DNA of 64,000 nucleotides from a virus. Below are positions 41,386-49,812 of the stretch, piece after piece. Numbering within the stretch: the first letter of the stretch is position 1; every line of letters starts with the position of its first letter. The notes under the pieces are model-generated. The model saw only the letters and a program-made list of their open reading frames with translations. It was not told the origin of the DNA and searched no databases. The DNA lies in the IMG/VR virus record IMGVR_UViG_3300010883_000015, positions 16,696 through 80,695 of that record; one strand, given 5' to 3'. A program made the position numbers and the translations under genes.

Positions 41386-42046
41386 AGACGTATGGGTTAT
41401 CGGTTCAGGATCTTCTCTTGATTTTATAGATAAATCATTTTTTGAAAACAAAATAACCGTTGGAGTTAATAGGTCTTGTTGTTATTTTGAATGCGATTAT
41501 GTGGTTGCAAAAGATCTTAGAGGATTAGAAGAAATAGAAGAAAACACTTTAAATAAAAATATTCAAAAAATATATTCTTTATTTAATTGTGGGAATACTA
41601 CATCAACAAGAAATGACGAAAATAAAGATAAAGATATTGTTTATTTCCATCACCCACAAAATGGGAACCCTAGGACAGAAATCATTGGAACGACCAATAG
41701 TAATGGAGAAGACTTAATTATTGTTTCTTTATCAACAATAACTAGTGCAATTCATATTGCGGCCTATATGGGCGCTAAGAATATAATTATATGTGGTCAT
41801 GATTGTGGGAAACTAAATAATAATATTTCAATAAAAGGATATAATTCTATTATCCCGCCCGTACAGGGAGCTAATGAATATGTTGAATGGTTAAACCGCA
41901 TAGAAAATCATACTATAAAAGTATGTAAAAAACTTAAAGAAGTATACAATTGCAATATACATTCATTAAATCCATTCATAAATTTTAATTTAGAAGGATT
42001 TAAATTTGAGTCAAATCCAAAAATAAACGAAAGAAGGTTTAGTTAA
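41348..42046 (+). CDS. DUF115/Maf-like (sialyltransferase-like) protein
   Basis: VIGSGSSL, GVN, D, AIHIAAYMGAKNIIICGHD. Confidence 0.75.
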   Translation: MELSSLKNKHKYEDVWVIGSGSSLDFIDKSFFENKITVGVNRSCCYFECDYVVAKDLRGLEEIEENTLNKNIQKIYSLFNCGNTTSTRNDENKDKDIVYFHHPQNGNPRTEIIGTTNSNGEDLIIVSLSTITSAIHIAAYMGAKNIIICGHDCGKLNNNISIKGYNSIIPPVQGANEYVEWLNRIENHTIKVCKKLKEVYNCNIHSLNPFINFNLEGFKFESNPKINERRFS

Positions 42047-42082
42047 ATATTGCCTTAAATATATAAATATAAGGAGTGAAAA

Positions 42083-42256
42083 ATGAAAAAGAGCAAAAAC
42101 AAAATAAAAACAACAACACAAAATAGATCTGAAATATTAGAAGGCAAGCCTGAAATATTAGAAAATAAAAAAATTATAAAAAATAAAGAAGAACGAGACT
42201 GGAGATATCCTTGGGAAAAGGCGTGGAAGACTGATCTTAGAATAAAGTGGAATTAG
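42083..42256 (+). CDS. small basic hypothetical protein (57 aa), not in ORF track
   Basis: AAGGAG SD; MKKSKNKIK...DWRYPWEKAWKTDLRIKWN. Confidence 0.55.
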   Translation: MKKSKNKIKTTTQNRSEILEGKPEILENKKIIKNKEERDWRYPWEKAWKTDLRIKWN

Positions 42257-42406
42257 ATAAAAATAAAGATCAAGCAAATTAAGAACTTATAATAAATTAC
42301 TAAAAATTATCAAATCCGTTTAGTTGTAAAAAAAATGTAAATTAATCAATTAAATTGTTGATTTAACATACTGATTAATTTAAGTAATAATATAAGGAGA
42401 ATTTTA

Positions 42407-42865
42407 ATGGGATATCAAAGTACAAAAATATTTTCAGGATATAGCACAGCCTTCAGGCAGTGGAAAGCAACTCATTCTCATTGTAAATTTATGCATGGAT
42501 ATGCATTAAGTTTTAAAGTATGGTTTGAGGGAGACATAGACGAAAGAAATTGGGTAGCAGATTTCGGGTCTTTTAAAAAGAATGGAATTAAAGACAAATT
42601 AAGTAATATATTTGATCACACTACCATCATCGCTAACGATGACCCTCTTTTGGCAGACTTTGAAAACCTGCATAACAAAGGTGCAATTCAGATTATTATA
42701 ATGGAAGATGTGGGGTGTGAAGTATTTGCTAAATGTGTATCAGATATGATAAATACAATAATAAGTAAAGAAACCAATGGAAGGGTGCAAGTCAAAAGAG
42801 TTGAATGTTTTGAAGGCTCTACAAGCAATAGTGCAATTTATGAGGCTAATAATGAGATCAAATAA
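42407..42865 (+). CDS. queD: 6-carboxy-5,6,7,8-tetrahydropterin synthase
   Basis: HSHCKFMHGY, WVADFG, FDH, GCE.FA. Confidence 0.9.
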   Translation: MGYQSTKIFSGYSTAFRQWKATHSHCKFMHGYALSFKVWFEGDIDERNWVADFGSFKKNGIKDKLSNIFDHTTIIANDDPLLADFENLHNKGAIQIIIMEDVGCEVFAKCVSDMINTIISKETNGRVQVKRVECFEGSTSNSAIYEANNEIK

Positions 42866-43139
42866 TACTCAAATTGCGACTATAAGATTGAATTTATTAG
42901 ATCTAAATAAAAGCGCGAATGAGCCTCAATTTAAATCTTTAATAAGCGATGGATGGACTGTTATTTCTTCATTGGCGGTACAAGAAGAAGAACGACCTAC
43001 TTTAATTTTACTGTTGGCTCCCCCTAAAGAAGAAATCAGGGTTAAAGTTGAAAAGGAAATAAAGATAAAACTAATAATCATGATTATTATTCAAATATTA
43101 ATAGCAATTGTTTTAATAAAGGGAGGCCTGTATGCCTAA
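42852..43139 (+). CDS. hypothetical protein with C-terminal TM anchor
   Basis: LIIMIIIQILIAIVLI; GAGG SD before ATG 42852. Confidence 0.6.
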   Translation: MRSNNTQIATIRLNLLDLNKSANEPQFKSLISDGWTVISSLAVQEEERPTLILLLAPPKEEIRVKVEKEIKIKLIIMIIIQILIAIVLIKGGLYA

Positions 43140-43767
43140 GGTAATAGAAGAAATAGAAGTAGAAGAAGGTCAAAAAGTAGAAACAGAAAAAGTAGGGGAA
43201 TGGGTGCACCTAGATCAATTGGTGGAATGGGATCAGAATCCAAGATTTAACGACCAAGCGATAGATCAAATTGCTGATAGTATAAAAAAGTTTGGTTTTT
43301 CTTCTCCTATAATTGCTAGAAAAGCAGATAACAAAATAATTGCAGGACATACAAGATTTAAGGCTGCTCAGTCCTTAGGTATGCAATTTGTTCCTGTCCG
43401 ATTTATGGACTTGTCAGAAACAGAAGCAAAGGCTCTTGCCCTTGCCGATAACAGGCTCGGAGAGATAGCATCTTGGGACGACGGGCTGTTAGGTGACGTG
43501 CTATCTGAATTAAAGAAAGAAGGCGTAGATATGGACATATTGGGCTTTTCTCAACAAGAAGTCGATCAATTGTTAGGAAATTGGACTGATCCTTTTTGGG
43601 ATGAAGATGAACTTAATAGCAGTGAATTAAATGATGACGAAATAGAAGATAATGGTCAATCAATAATCTATATCACCGTAGCTATAAATAGAGCCAAAGA
43701 TACTAGTGATCTCATTACAGAATTGCTAAATAGCAACAACATAGAACATACAATTAAATTAAAATAA
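43132..43767 (+). CDS. ParB/Srx N-terminal-domain protein (DNA-modification-associated type)
   Basis: NPR, SIKKFGF..PII, IIAGHTRFKAA, LADNR; no HTH apparent. Confidence 0.88.
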   Translation: MPKVIEEIEVEEGQKVETEKVGEWVHLDQLVEWDQNPRFNDQAIDQIADSIKKFGFSSPIIARKADNKIIAGHTRFKAAQSLGMQFVPVRFMDLSETEAKALALADNRLGEIASWDDGLLGDVLSELKKEGVDMDILGFSQQEVDQLLGNWTDPFWDEDELNSSELNDDEIEDNGQSIIYITVAINRAKDTSDLITELLNSNNIEHTIKLK

Positions 43768-43780
43768 AAGGATTTACAAC

Positions 43781-44257
43781 ATGACTGATGATGAAAAATA
43801 TGAGTCTCATGGGAATTCTTCGCAATTAAAATCCCTTGGGAATGCCAAAACTAAATACCCAACAACGCCAGACGAGGCAGAGTTAGAGAAAATACCGTGG
43901 AAAGGAGAAGGCTTTAGTTACGTTACTTGGGAATGCCCTGAATATACTTGTGCTTGTCCCAAAACAGGCCAACCTGACTTTGCAACAGTCTATATACAAT
44001 ACATACCAGAAGCATATATTGTAGAAAGTAAATCATTGAAAATATATTTATTCTCTTTCCGTAATTATGGTCATTTCCATGAAGTTGGGATTGAAAGAAT
44101 TGCTAAAGATATATTTGATTTTATACAACCTAAATTCTTAAGAGTAGTTGGAGACTTCAATAAGAGAGGAGGGATATCAATTGTCCCTATTTCAGAATTT
44201 GGAGATCTTTCTTTATCTAGCTCTATACCTATTCCTAAAATAACATATGGCTCTTAA
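43781..44257 (+). CDS. queF: preQ0 reductase (unimodular type I)
   Basis: CPKTGQPDFA, QueF motif ESKSLKIYL, HE, RGGI. Confidence 0.93.
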   Translation: MTDDEKYESHGNSSQLKSLGNAKTKYPTTPDEAELEKIPWKGEGFSYVTWECPEYTCACPKTGQPDFATVYIQYIPEAYIVESKSLKIYLFSFRNYGHFHEVGIERIAKDIFDFIQPKFLRVVGDFNKRGGISIVPISEFGDLSLSSSIPIPKITYGS

Positions 44258-45147
44258 TGCCTATTAAATTCCATAATTTAGTTTCTTTTGCATTATTTGG
44301 AGATCGAATTAATGAAGGCTTGCATCCAGAATGGAATACTATGTTGGATAGCGGGGGATTTACAAACTTTGTAAGAGGTAAAGATATTGTTACCTTGAAA
44401 GATTATTGTATGTATCTTAAAACCGAAAAGGTAAGGTTTTGGGAATATATGGCTCTCGACCGAATTGGGGATAAAAAGATCAGCGGGGAGTATCTTAATA
44501 AAATGATAAGCGTCGGTCTTGCTCCTGTTCCAATTTATCAGAGAGGAGAAGGAAGTGCCAAAGAATTAACTAAGATGATAGAAGCAAATAGATTAATTGC
44601 TATTGGTGGAATCTCTCAAAACCTTTCAGCCAAAGCCGAGCAAGAGTACCTTCGTAACGTAATGAGGGTGGTAAGAAAAGTTCCGACTGCAAAGGTTCAT
44701 CTTCTTGGGGTAGGTGTTAGAGAAGCCAAGCTATATTGCCCTTATAGTTCAGATAGTAGCACTTGGGCTAGTCATTTTAGATTTGGGATTATTCGTCTTT
44801 GGCATCAAGGTAAATTGTTAGACTTCCAAAAACATAAGACTGCTCAACACGCCAAGAGATATGTTAGGCCGAATCCAAATTACACACGATGTTTAGCTAA
44901 ATATAGCCTGACTTGGAATGATCTATATGATAATGCCGATTGGTCTAAGCCTGAAAGTAAATTAAGCATAGCAGCAACTAGGTCTTGGATAAGGCAATCT
45001 AGGTCTTTGTATCGAAAAGATAGCAGATATTTATTAGCAAGTTTACCAATAAATGTTCAAGCGATTAAAGAGGCTTGGAATTATGAAAGAATTTCATGGG
45101 GTTGGCCTAAGTCTAAATTCATAAGTATACCATCTGAAAAGAAATAA
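44257..45147 (+). CDS. dpdA: DNA 7-deazaguanine transglycosylase (TGT-like)
   Basis: MLDSGGFT, LD.IGD, PIYQ.G, IAIGG, VHLLG, SSDSSTW; adjacent to que genes. Confidence 0.85.
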   Translation: MPIKFHNLVSFALFGDRINEGLHPEWNTMLDSGGFTNFVRGKDIVTLKDYCMYLKTEKVRFWEYMALDRIGDKKISGEYLNKMISVGLAPVPIYQRGEGSAKELTKMIEANRLIAIGGISQNLSAKAEQEYLRNVMRVVRKVPTAKVHLLGVGVREAKLYCPYSSDSSTWASHFRFGIIRLWHQGKLLDFQKHKTAQHAKRYVRPNPNYTRCLAKYSLTWNDLYDNADWSKPESKLSIAATRSWIRQSRSLYRKDSRYLLASLPINVQAIKEAWNYERISWGWPKSKFISIPSEKK

Positions 45148-45184
45148 TTGTTATATTGTTGTCAATTGTTTCTTGTTCTTATTG

Positions 45185-45200
45185 ATACATGATCATGTAT
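45185..45200. promoter_or_regulatory. 16-bp perfect palindrome ATACATGATCATGTAT (operator candidate)
   Basis: Direct reading; intergenic. Confidence 0.5.
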
Positions 45201-45281
45201 TGATATAATATATATATAATATTATTTATACATGTTCATATAAGATATTTATCATAAATGTAATAATTAATACTTAAGCAG

Positions 45282-45345
45282 TAATATAAATATATTTTAA
45301 AAGACCCTATGAATAATATAAATATATTTTAAAAGACCCTATGAA
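45282..45345. repeat. perfect 32-bp tandem duplication TAATATAAATATATTTTAAAAGACCCTATGAA
   Basis: Copies at 45282-45313 and 45314-45345, just upstream of an AAGGAG SD. Confidence 0.95.
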
Positions 45346-45356
45346 AGGAGATCAAA

Positions 45357-45674
45357 ATGGATTGTAGGTGGGCAACAACTGAAAGTATTAAAGAACTTAA
45401 TTTCTGGTCTTCATCTTTTAAAATGAAAAGATACTTTACTGATAGATTAATTTCAATATTAGACCCTGAGGGTTATCATCTCTGTATTGGAGTTGTTGTT
45501 TACTCTAAAGGGAAGGGAGATTCTCTTGTTGATTACTATAGAACTCAATGGATGCTGAAATTAAAAGATCAAAAAAGTCCCCACATGGACTATATGGATA
45601 TAGATATTAAAGAATTTAAAAAATTAACTCTTTCTAAGCCCGCCCCTTCTGATAAATTTAAATATAAAACCTAG
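45357..45674 (+). CDS. hypothetical protein
   Basis: AAGGAG SD. Confidence 0.7.
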   Translation: MDCRWATTESIKELNFWSSSFKMKRYFTDRLISILDPEGYHLCIGVVVYSKGKGDSLVDYYRTQWMLKLKDQKSPHMDYMDIDIKEFKKLTLSKPAPSDKFKYKT

Positions 45675-45688
45675 CTCTTTAAATAATT

Positions 45689-45886
45689 ATGAAATGTGAA
45701 TTATGCCATTATTCAGAAAGTATTGAGTTGTTGGAAGATATAAAAAAAACCAAACAACATGAAAGTAGTATAACAATGATTTTTAGAACAAAAGAAAGTT
45801 TCATGTTGGTTTGCAAAGCCTGTATAAGTGAAAATGAAGCGATTATGAAATTATACAATTCAGATTTAAATAAAGGAAAAAAATGA
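45689..45886 (+). CDS. small Zn-finger-like hypothetical protein
   Basis: CELC..CKAC; ATGA overlap with next gene. Confidence 0.6.
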   Translation: MKCELCHYSESIELLEDIKKTKQHESSITMIFRTKESFMLVCKACISENEAIMKLYNSDLNKGKK

Positions 45887-46230
45887 ATATTACAAATCTC
45901 GGCAATGAATTAGATCATGATGAAATCAAAAAAGAACCCGAAGAAAGTCATGTTGATTTAAATACAGTTTCAAGTTTTTTCTTACTTTATAGGGATGATA
46001 ATGGAAATATATCTTTATCAAATAAATCTTCATCGGCTGACGATAAAGTATTACTGATGTGGCATGGGTTCATGTTATTAATAGAGATACTTTCAGAGTG
46101 TATTAATATAGATATAAAATACTCAAAAATATCCAATATAGCTTCTACGATAATAGAGGCTTTATCAGAAAATGGGATCTACACTTATAATGAACTACAT
46201 TCAGAGCCAGAGAATATAGAAGAAGAGTAA
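45883..46230 (+). CDS. hypothetical protein
   Basis: AAGGA SD, coupled start. Confidence 0.65.
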   Translation: MNITNLGNELDHDEIKKEPEESHVDLNTVSSFFLLYRDDNGNISLSNKSSSADDKVLLMWHGFMLLIEILSECINIDIKYSKISNIASTIIEALSENGIYTYNELHSEPENIEEE

Positions 46231-46231
46231 G

Positions 46232-46651
46232 ATGCAAAGCATGATAGATTTAAAATTGCTATTTAAATTTGGAAAAATAACAAGTTCCGTTTTAGATAAA
46301 ATTACTATTCTTGATTTTTCAGATTACTTGGATCCAATAGAATATTCTATATTAAGTATATTTATTAGCCATAGGACATTAAAGGGCGCTGATGATTTAA
46401 CCTTCCAAAAGATAACATCGTCTAATATTTTAAATTCTTTTTATGACCACCTTAGTGCTAGTCTTTTATTTATAAGTATAAAAAGATTACCTTCTGGGTA
46501 TTTAGTTATTAAACCTTATAGCTCTAATCAGGCTTTTGATTTTATGAGAGATGTTCCTCTGCATGTGGCATTGTACTCCTTTGGTGTACCGGGTAATGAT
46601 GTTAAATTTTTCATTAGAAAAAGACTTAAAGAAAATGATAAAAAAGAGTAA
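46232..46651 (+). CDS. hypothetical protein
   Basis: Operon packing. Confidence 0.6.
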   Translation: MQSMIDLKLLFKFGKITSSVLDKITILDFSDYLDPIEYSILSIFISHRTLKGADDLTFQKITSSNILNSFYDHLSASLLFISIKRLPSGYLVIKPYSSNQAFDFMRDVPLHVALYSFGVPGNDVKFFIRKRLKENDKKE

Positions 46652-46653
46652 AA

Positions 46654-47256
46654 ATGAAAGTATTAGGATCTTCTGTATTAAGAAGTAAAAATTCAGAAAA
46701 AAGAGAAAAGAATGATTTTTATGCCACGGAACCTTGGGGTGTTGAATTGTTTTTATCTTGTCATAAGATGAATAATAAACTATGGGAACCTGCTTGTGGG
46801 CAAGGCCATATAGCCGAAGTTCTATCTAAACACGGCAAAGAAGTAAGGTCGACAGACCTTATAGATCGGGGCTATGGTAATAGGCTTGATTTCTTGACCG
46901 CAGAGGGTACTTGGGATGGGGATATAATAACAAATCCTCCATTCTCATTGACAGAAAGTTTTATAAGAAAGGGAATGTCATTACTTGAAGATAAGAATCA
47001 ACTTATGCTGTTTTTAAAAATACAATTTTTGGAAACAAAATCCCGATATAAACTTTTTAAAGAGTATCCCTTAAAGTATGTTTATGTTCATTCTTCTCGT
47101 ATTGGTACTGCAAAGGATGCTGATTTTGAAAAATATAATGCTAAAGCAATGTGCTATGCTTGGTTTGTTTGGGAGAAAGGTTTCAAAGGGGAGAGCACAC
47201 TAAGATGGGTGCCTCCATCTTTAGATCAAGAAGATCAGTTTCAGATGTTTAAATAG
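46654..47256 (+). CDS. phage amino-type (N6-adenine-like) DNA methyltransferase
   Basis: DFYAT.P, WEPACGQG, DIITNPPF, AWFVW. Confidence 0.85.
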   Translation: MKVLGSSVLRSKNSEKREKNDFYATEPWGVELFLSCHKMNNKLWEPACGQGHIAEVLSKHGKEVRSTDLIDRGYGNRLDFLTAEGTWDGDIITNPPFSLTESFIRKGMSLLEDKNQLMLFLKIQFLETKSRYKLFKEYPLKYVYVHSSRIGTAKDADFEKYNAKAMCYAWFVWEKGFKGESTLRWVPPSLDQEDQFQMFK

Positions 47257-47318
47257 CCTATAATTCAGATTAGATATACACATGAAGCATAAGATTATAG
47301 ACCGCAAGGGGAATTAGA

Positions 47319-47645
47319 ATGAAGCTATCAATTAAATATCCTATTTTATTTTCTATTAATGAAGATATTTTACCGAAGCAATTATTACCAAGCAATGGTA
47401 GGACTTTTTCAATTGCTGAAATATTTGAATTCCTAATTGTTTCTTCTGATCATGACGATTTGGATAGAATTGAAATATTTGATGGTGCTTTATATTTAAA
47501 TCCTGTTGATAAGATTTTTAATAAACGAGCAAGTAAATTTTGGTTTTCTAATTCTGCTTTTTTTGATAGAGATCACCTTAGTGGTTCTGTAATGTTTATA
47601 CCTACTAGGTATGATCCTTATCAAGGAAAAAATAAGATAATTTGA
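47319..47645 (+). CDS. hypothetical protein
   Basis: AAGGGG SD. Confidence 0.6.
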   Translation: MKLSIKYPILFSINEDILPKQLLPSNGRTFSIAEIFEFLIVSSDHDDLDRIEIFDGALYLNPVDKIFNKRASKFWFSNSAFFDRDHLSGSVMFIPTRYDPYQGKNKII

Positions 47646-47775
47646 TTATAGCTTTATCTTTAATTAAACTAATTTATGCTTACGAGTGTTCTGCTCTTAG
47701 GTTCAAATATTAACTTTTACATACTAATGATGTAAACGAGGAAAAGATATAGATTATTGAGAAGATATAGTAGAT

Positions 47776-47809
47776 AGTGGCGGTCGAGGGATTTGACCGC
47801 CACTTTTTT
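47776..47809 (+). terminator. intrinsic terminator
   Basis: AGTGGCGGTCGA..TTGACCGCCACT followed by T-tract. Confidence 0.9.
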
Positions 47810-47995
47810 ATTGTTAATAGAATGTCAAAACATAAATTTTCTGTGTGCATTTTGATAATTATTCGATATAATCATTATGAGCGTTACAATTATTACATAT
47901 TCTAATTATTACATTATAAGGTCATATAAATCTATCGCTAGTTAAAATACAAATAAACTTTCTATTAACTATACAATACAAAAAAAGGAGAAATC

Positions 47996-48109
47996 ATGTA
48001 CGACTTATTAACTTATGCACCTATCGTTCTGTGCGCTTTAAACTTAACTTTCTTAGGATGGGTAACAAATAAATTCATTCAAAAGTATAGTCCTAATGGA
48101 GAAGGGTAA
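47996..48109 (+). CDS. 37-aa single-TM peptide, not in ORF track
   Basis: AAGGAG SD; MYDLLTYAPIVLCALNLTFLGWVTNKF...; TAATG overlap with next gene. Confidence 0.65.
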   Translation: MYDLLTYAPIVLCALNLTFLGWVTNKFIQKYSPNGEG

Positions 48110-48342
48110 TGCCAAAGTTGAAATTAAAAAAGACTAAAAATCATGATCATTTTGATAGAAGAATTTATCGTGATCGTACAGGTAAAAAATATGTTGATGT
48201 AAATTTAGACGATTCTAATCCTCAAATTTGTACAACTTGTAACAAATCTGGAGAGCCTAGTTATCCAATAGATGATTACGTCATAATAGAATTTGATGGG
48301 CAATGGAGAACATACGATAAAAATAATGAAGGTGCCCAATGA
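48109..48342 (+). CDS. hypothetical protein
   Basis: Coupled small gene. Confidence 0.65.
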   Translation: MPKLKLKKTKNHDHFDRRIYRDRTGKKYVDVNLDDSNPQICTTCNKSGEPSYPIDDYVIIEFDGQWRTYDKNNEGAQ

Positions 48343-48554
48343 TGAATCCGCTATCCTCACGAAGATACACAGAACTTGTTGACAGAATAAATGGTTCTTT
48401 TTCATTGTTTACAAAGTATTTAAGCCTGAAAATAAAATTAATGAAAAAAGAAATCGAAGAAATGGAAACAGTAGACCACTTGGCTTTGGAACAGACCAAA
48501 GAAATCATTCAAGATTTTGCTGATGATTTATTAAAAACAGAAGGTGAAAAATGA
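48339..48554 (+). CDS. hypothetical protein
   Basis: ATGA overlap. Confidence 0.6.
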   Translation: MMNPLSSRRYTELVDRINGSFSLFTKYLSLKIKLMKKEIEEMETVDHLALEQTKEIIQDFADDLLKTEGEK

Positions 48555-48838
48555 GCAGGAATTATGAGAGGCATATGGAGCACTTAATATTAAAGGAAAA
48601 GAACGATCAAATAGGCAGTTTTAAAATTACTGAAGAAACTCTGACGGTAAGTGAGAAACTCTCAGAGTGGAGCAAAAAAATGAAGATTAACGTATCCCCA
48701 ATGTTCGCGGAACCGCTGGGCGATATAAATAAAATTATGATCGAATGGGAAGAACACAAATTGACCGAAGCCGAAGCGCGTAAGTCTATTAATGATATCT
48801 TCACTTATGTATTTCAGAGGGAGGTGCGTGATGGGTAA
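48551..48838 (+). CDS. hypothetical protein
   Basis: ATGA overlap. Confidence 0.6.
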   Translation: MSRNYERHMEHLILKEKNDQIGSFKITEETLTVSEKLSEWSKKMKINVSPMFAEPLGDINKIMIEWEEHKLTEAEARKSINDIFTYVFQREVRDG

Positions 48839-49013
48839 AGCAATGAACCTACATTATTCAATAAAGGATCAAGAAGATTGGTCTGATAGGGATTGGAAGA
48901 TGTTTTTCAAGGACGAAAGATTCAATGAAGAAAAGGCAAGACAACAACCAATAATGAATAAACGGAAGATTAATAAAATGGAACCCAAAAGATTTACAGG
49001 TAGATTGTTATGA
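48831..49013 (+). CDS. hypothetical protein
   Basis: GGAGGTG SD before ATG 48831. Confidence 0.6.
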   Translation: MGKAMNLHYSIKDQEDWSDRDWKMFFKDERFNEEKARQQPIMNKRKINKMEPKRFTGRLL

Positions 49014-49027
49014 TTATTAGAGGAATA

Positions 49028-49444
49028 ATGAATGCTAATCAGAATGGTGTTTACCAAGACCCTGAAGATGAAAATCTGTTCTATATTGCTAAAAGATATG
49101 GTGAAGAGAAAATTTATTCTACATTTTTAACACCCGCCTTAAGTAGATTTTTTATAATACCTGAAGAAATAAGATTAGTTCTTATTGAAAATGGAGCAGT
49201 TAATATTGATCTTAACAAAGATGGTAAAAAAAAGGAAAGTTACGCGAGATATAGAGGATTATGGGCTAGTTGTCCTTATTGCTCTGAGAGCGATATTTGT
49301 GCTACCGTCTATCTTAAAAGATCAAATATTCACATTACTCACTGTTATAATTTTAAAGAATTTGCTTTTGGTATTTCAAAACATATGAACTTTCTTAGAT
49401 CGGTTAGATTGACCCATATTGGCGATAAAGAAGTAAAATCTTAA
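49028..49444 (+). CDS. hypothetical protein (Cys/His-containing)
   Basis: GAGGA SD before ATG 49028; CPYC. Confidence 0.6.
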   Translation: MNANQNGVYQDPEDENLFYIAKRYGEEKIYSTFLTPALSRFFIIPEEIRLVLIENGAVNIDLNKDGKKKESYARYRGLWASCPYCSESDICATVYLKRSNIHITHCYNFKEFAFGISKHMNFLRSVRLTHIGDKEVKS

Positions 49445-49471
49445 ATTAAGAATAACAAATTAGGAGTGTAA

Positions 49472-49810
49472 ATGAATATTATTTTTAGCGTGTTTAGTGG
49501 GGAGAGTGGATACTTTGTAGGTGGTCAATATGAAGACAGATCTCAATGTATTAGGTTGTCTCATGATCTGAATATCTGCCCAGAAGTAGGGTCAACAATA
49601 CCAATGTTAATGGCAACAGAGCAAAGTCCTGATTTAATAAATAAACTGATTGAACATGGATTTATTAAGTCTCCAGCTTCTTATGATGTTACAGACCACA
49701 TAGGAAGGTTCTTAGGTCAGAATTGCTTATGGTATGATTTATGTTCTATGCATATGAGTATAGATATTGAATGGCTTTTTAATAAATCGCCTATTAATGA
49801 AGAGTGTTAG
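49472..49810 (+). CDS. hypothetical protein
   Basis: AGGAG SD. Confidence 0.65.
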   Translation: MNIIFSVFSGESGYFVGGQYEDRSQCIRLSHDLNICPEVGSTIPMLMATEQSPDLINKLIEHGFIKSPASYDVTDHIGRFLGQNCLWYDLCSMHMSIDIEWLFNKSPINEEC

Positions 49811-49812
49811 AT

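Noticed and set aside
34739-45147. Queuosine tRNA-modification auxiliary metabolic genes
   Set aside because: No queA, queG or queH, and the TGT-like protein has DpdA-type features; DNA modification is the better-supported role.
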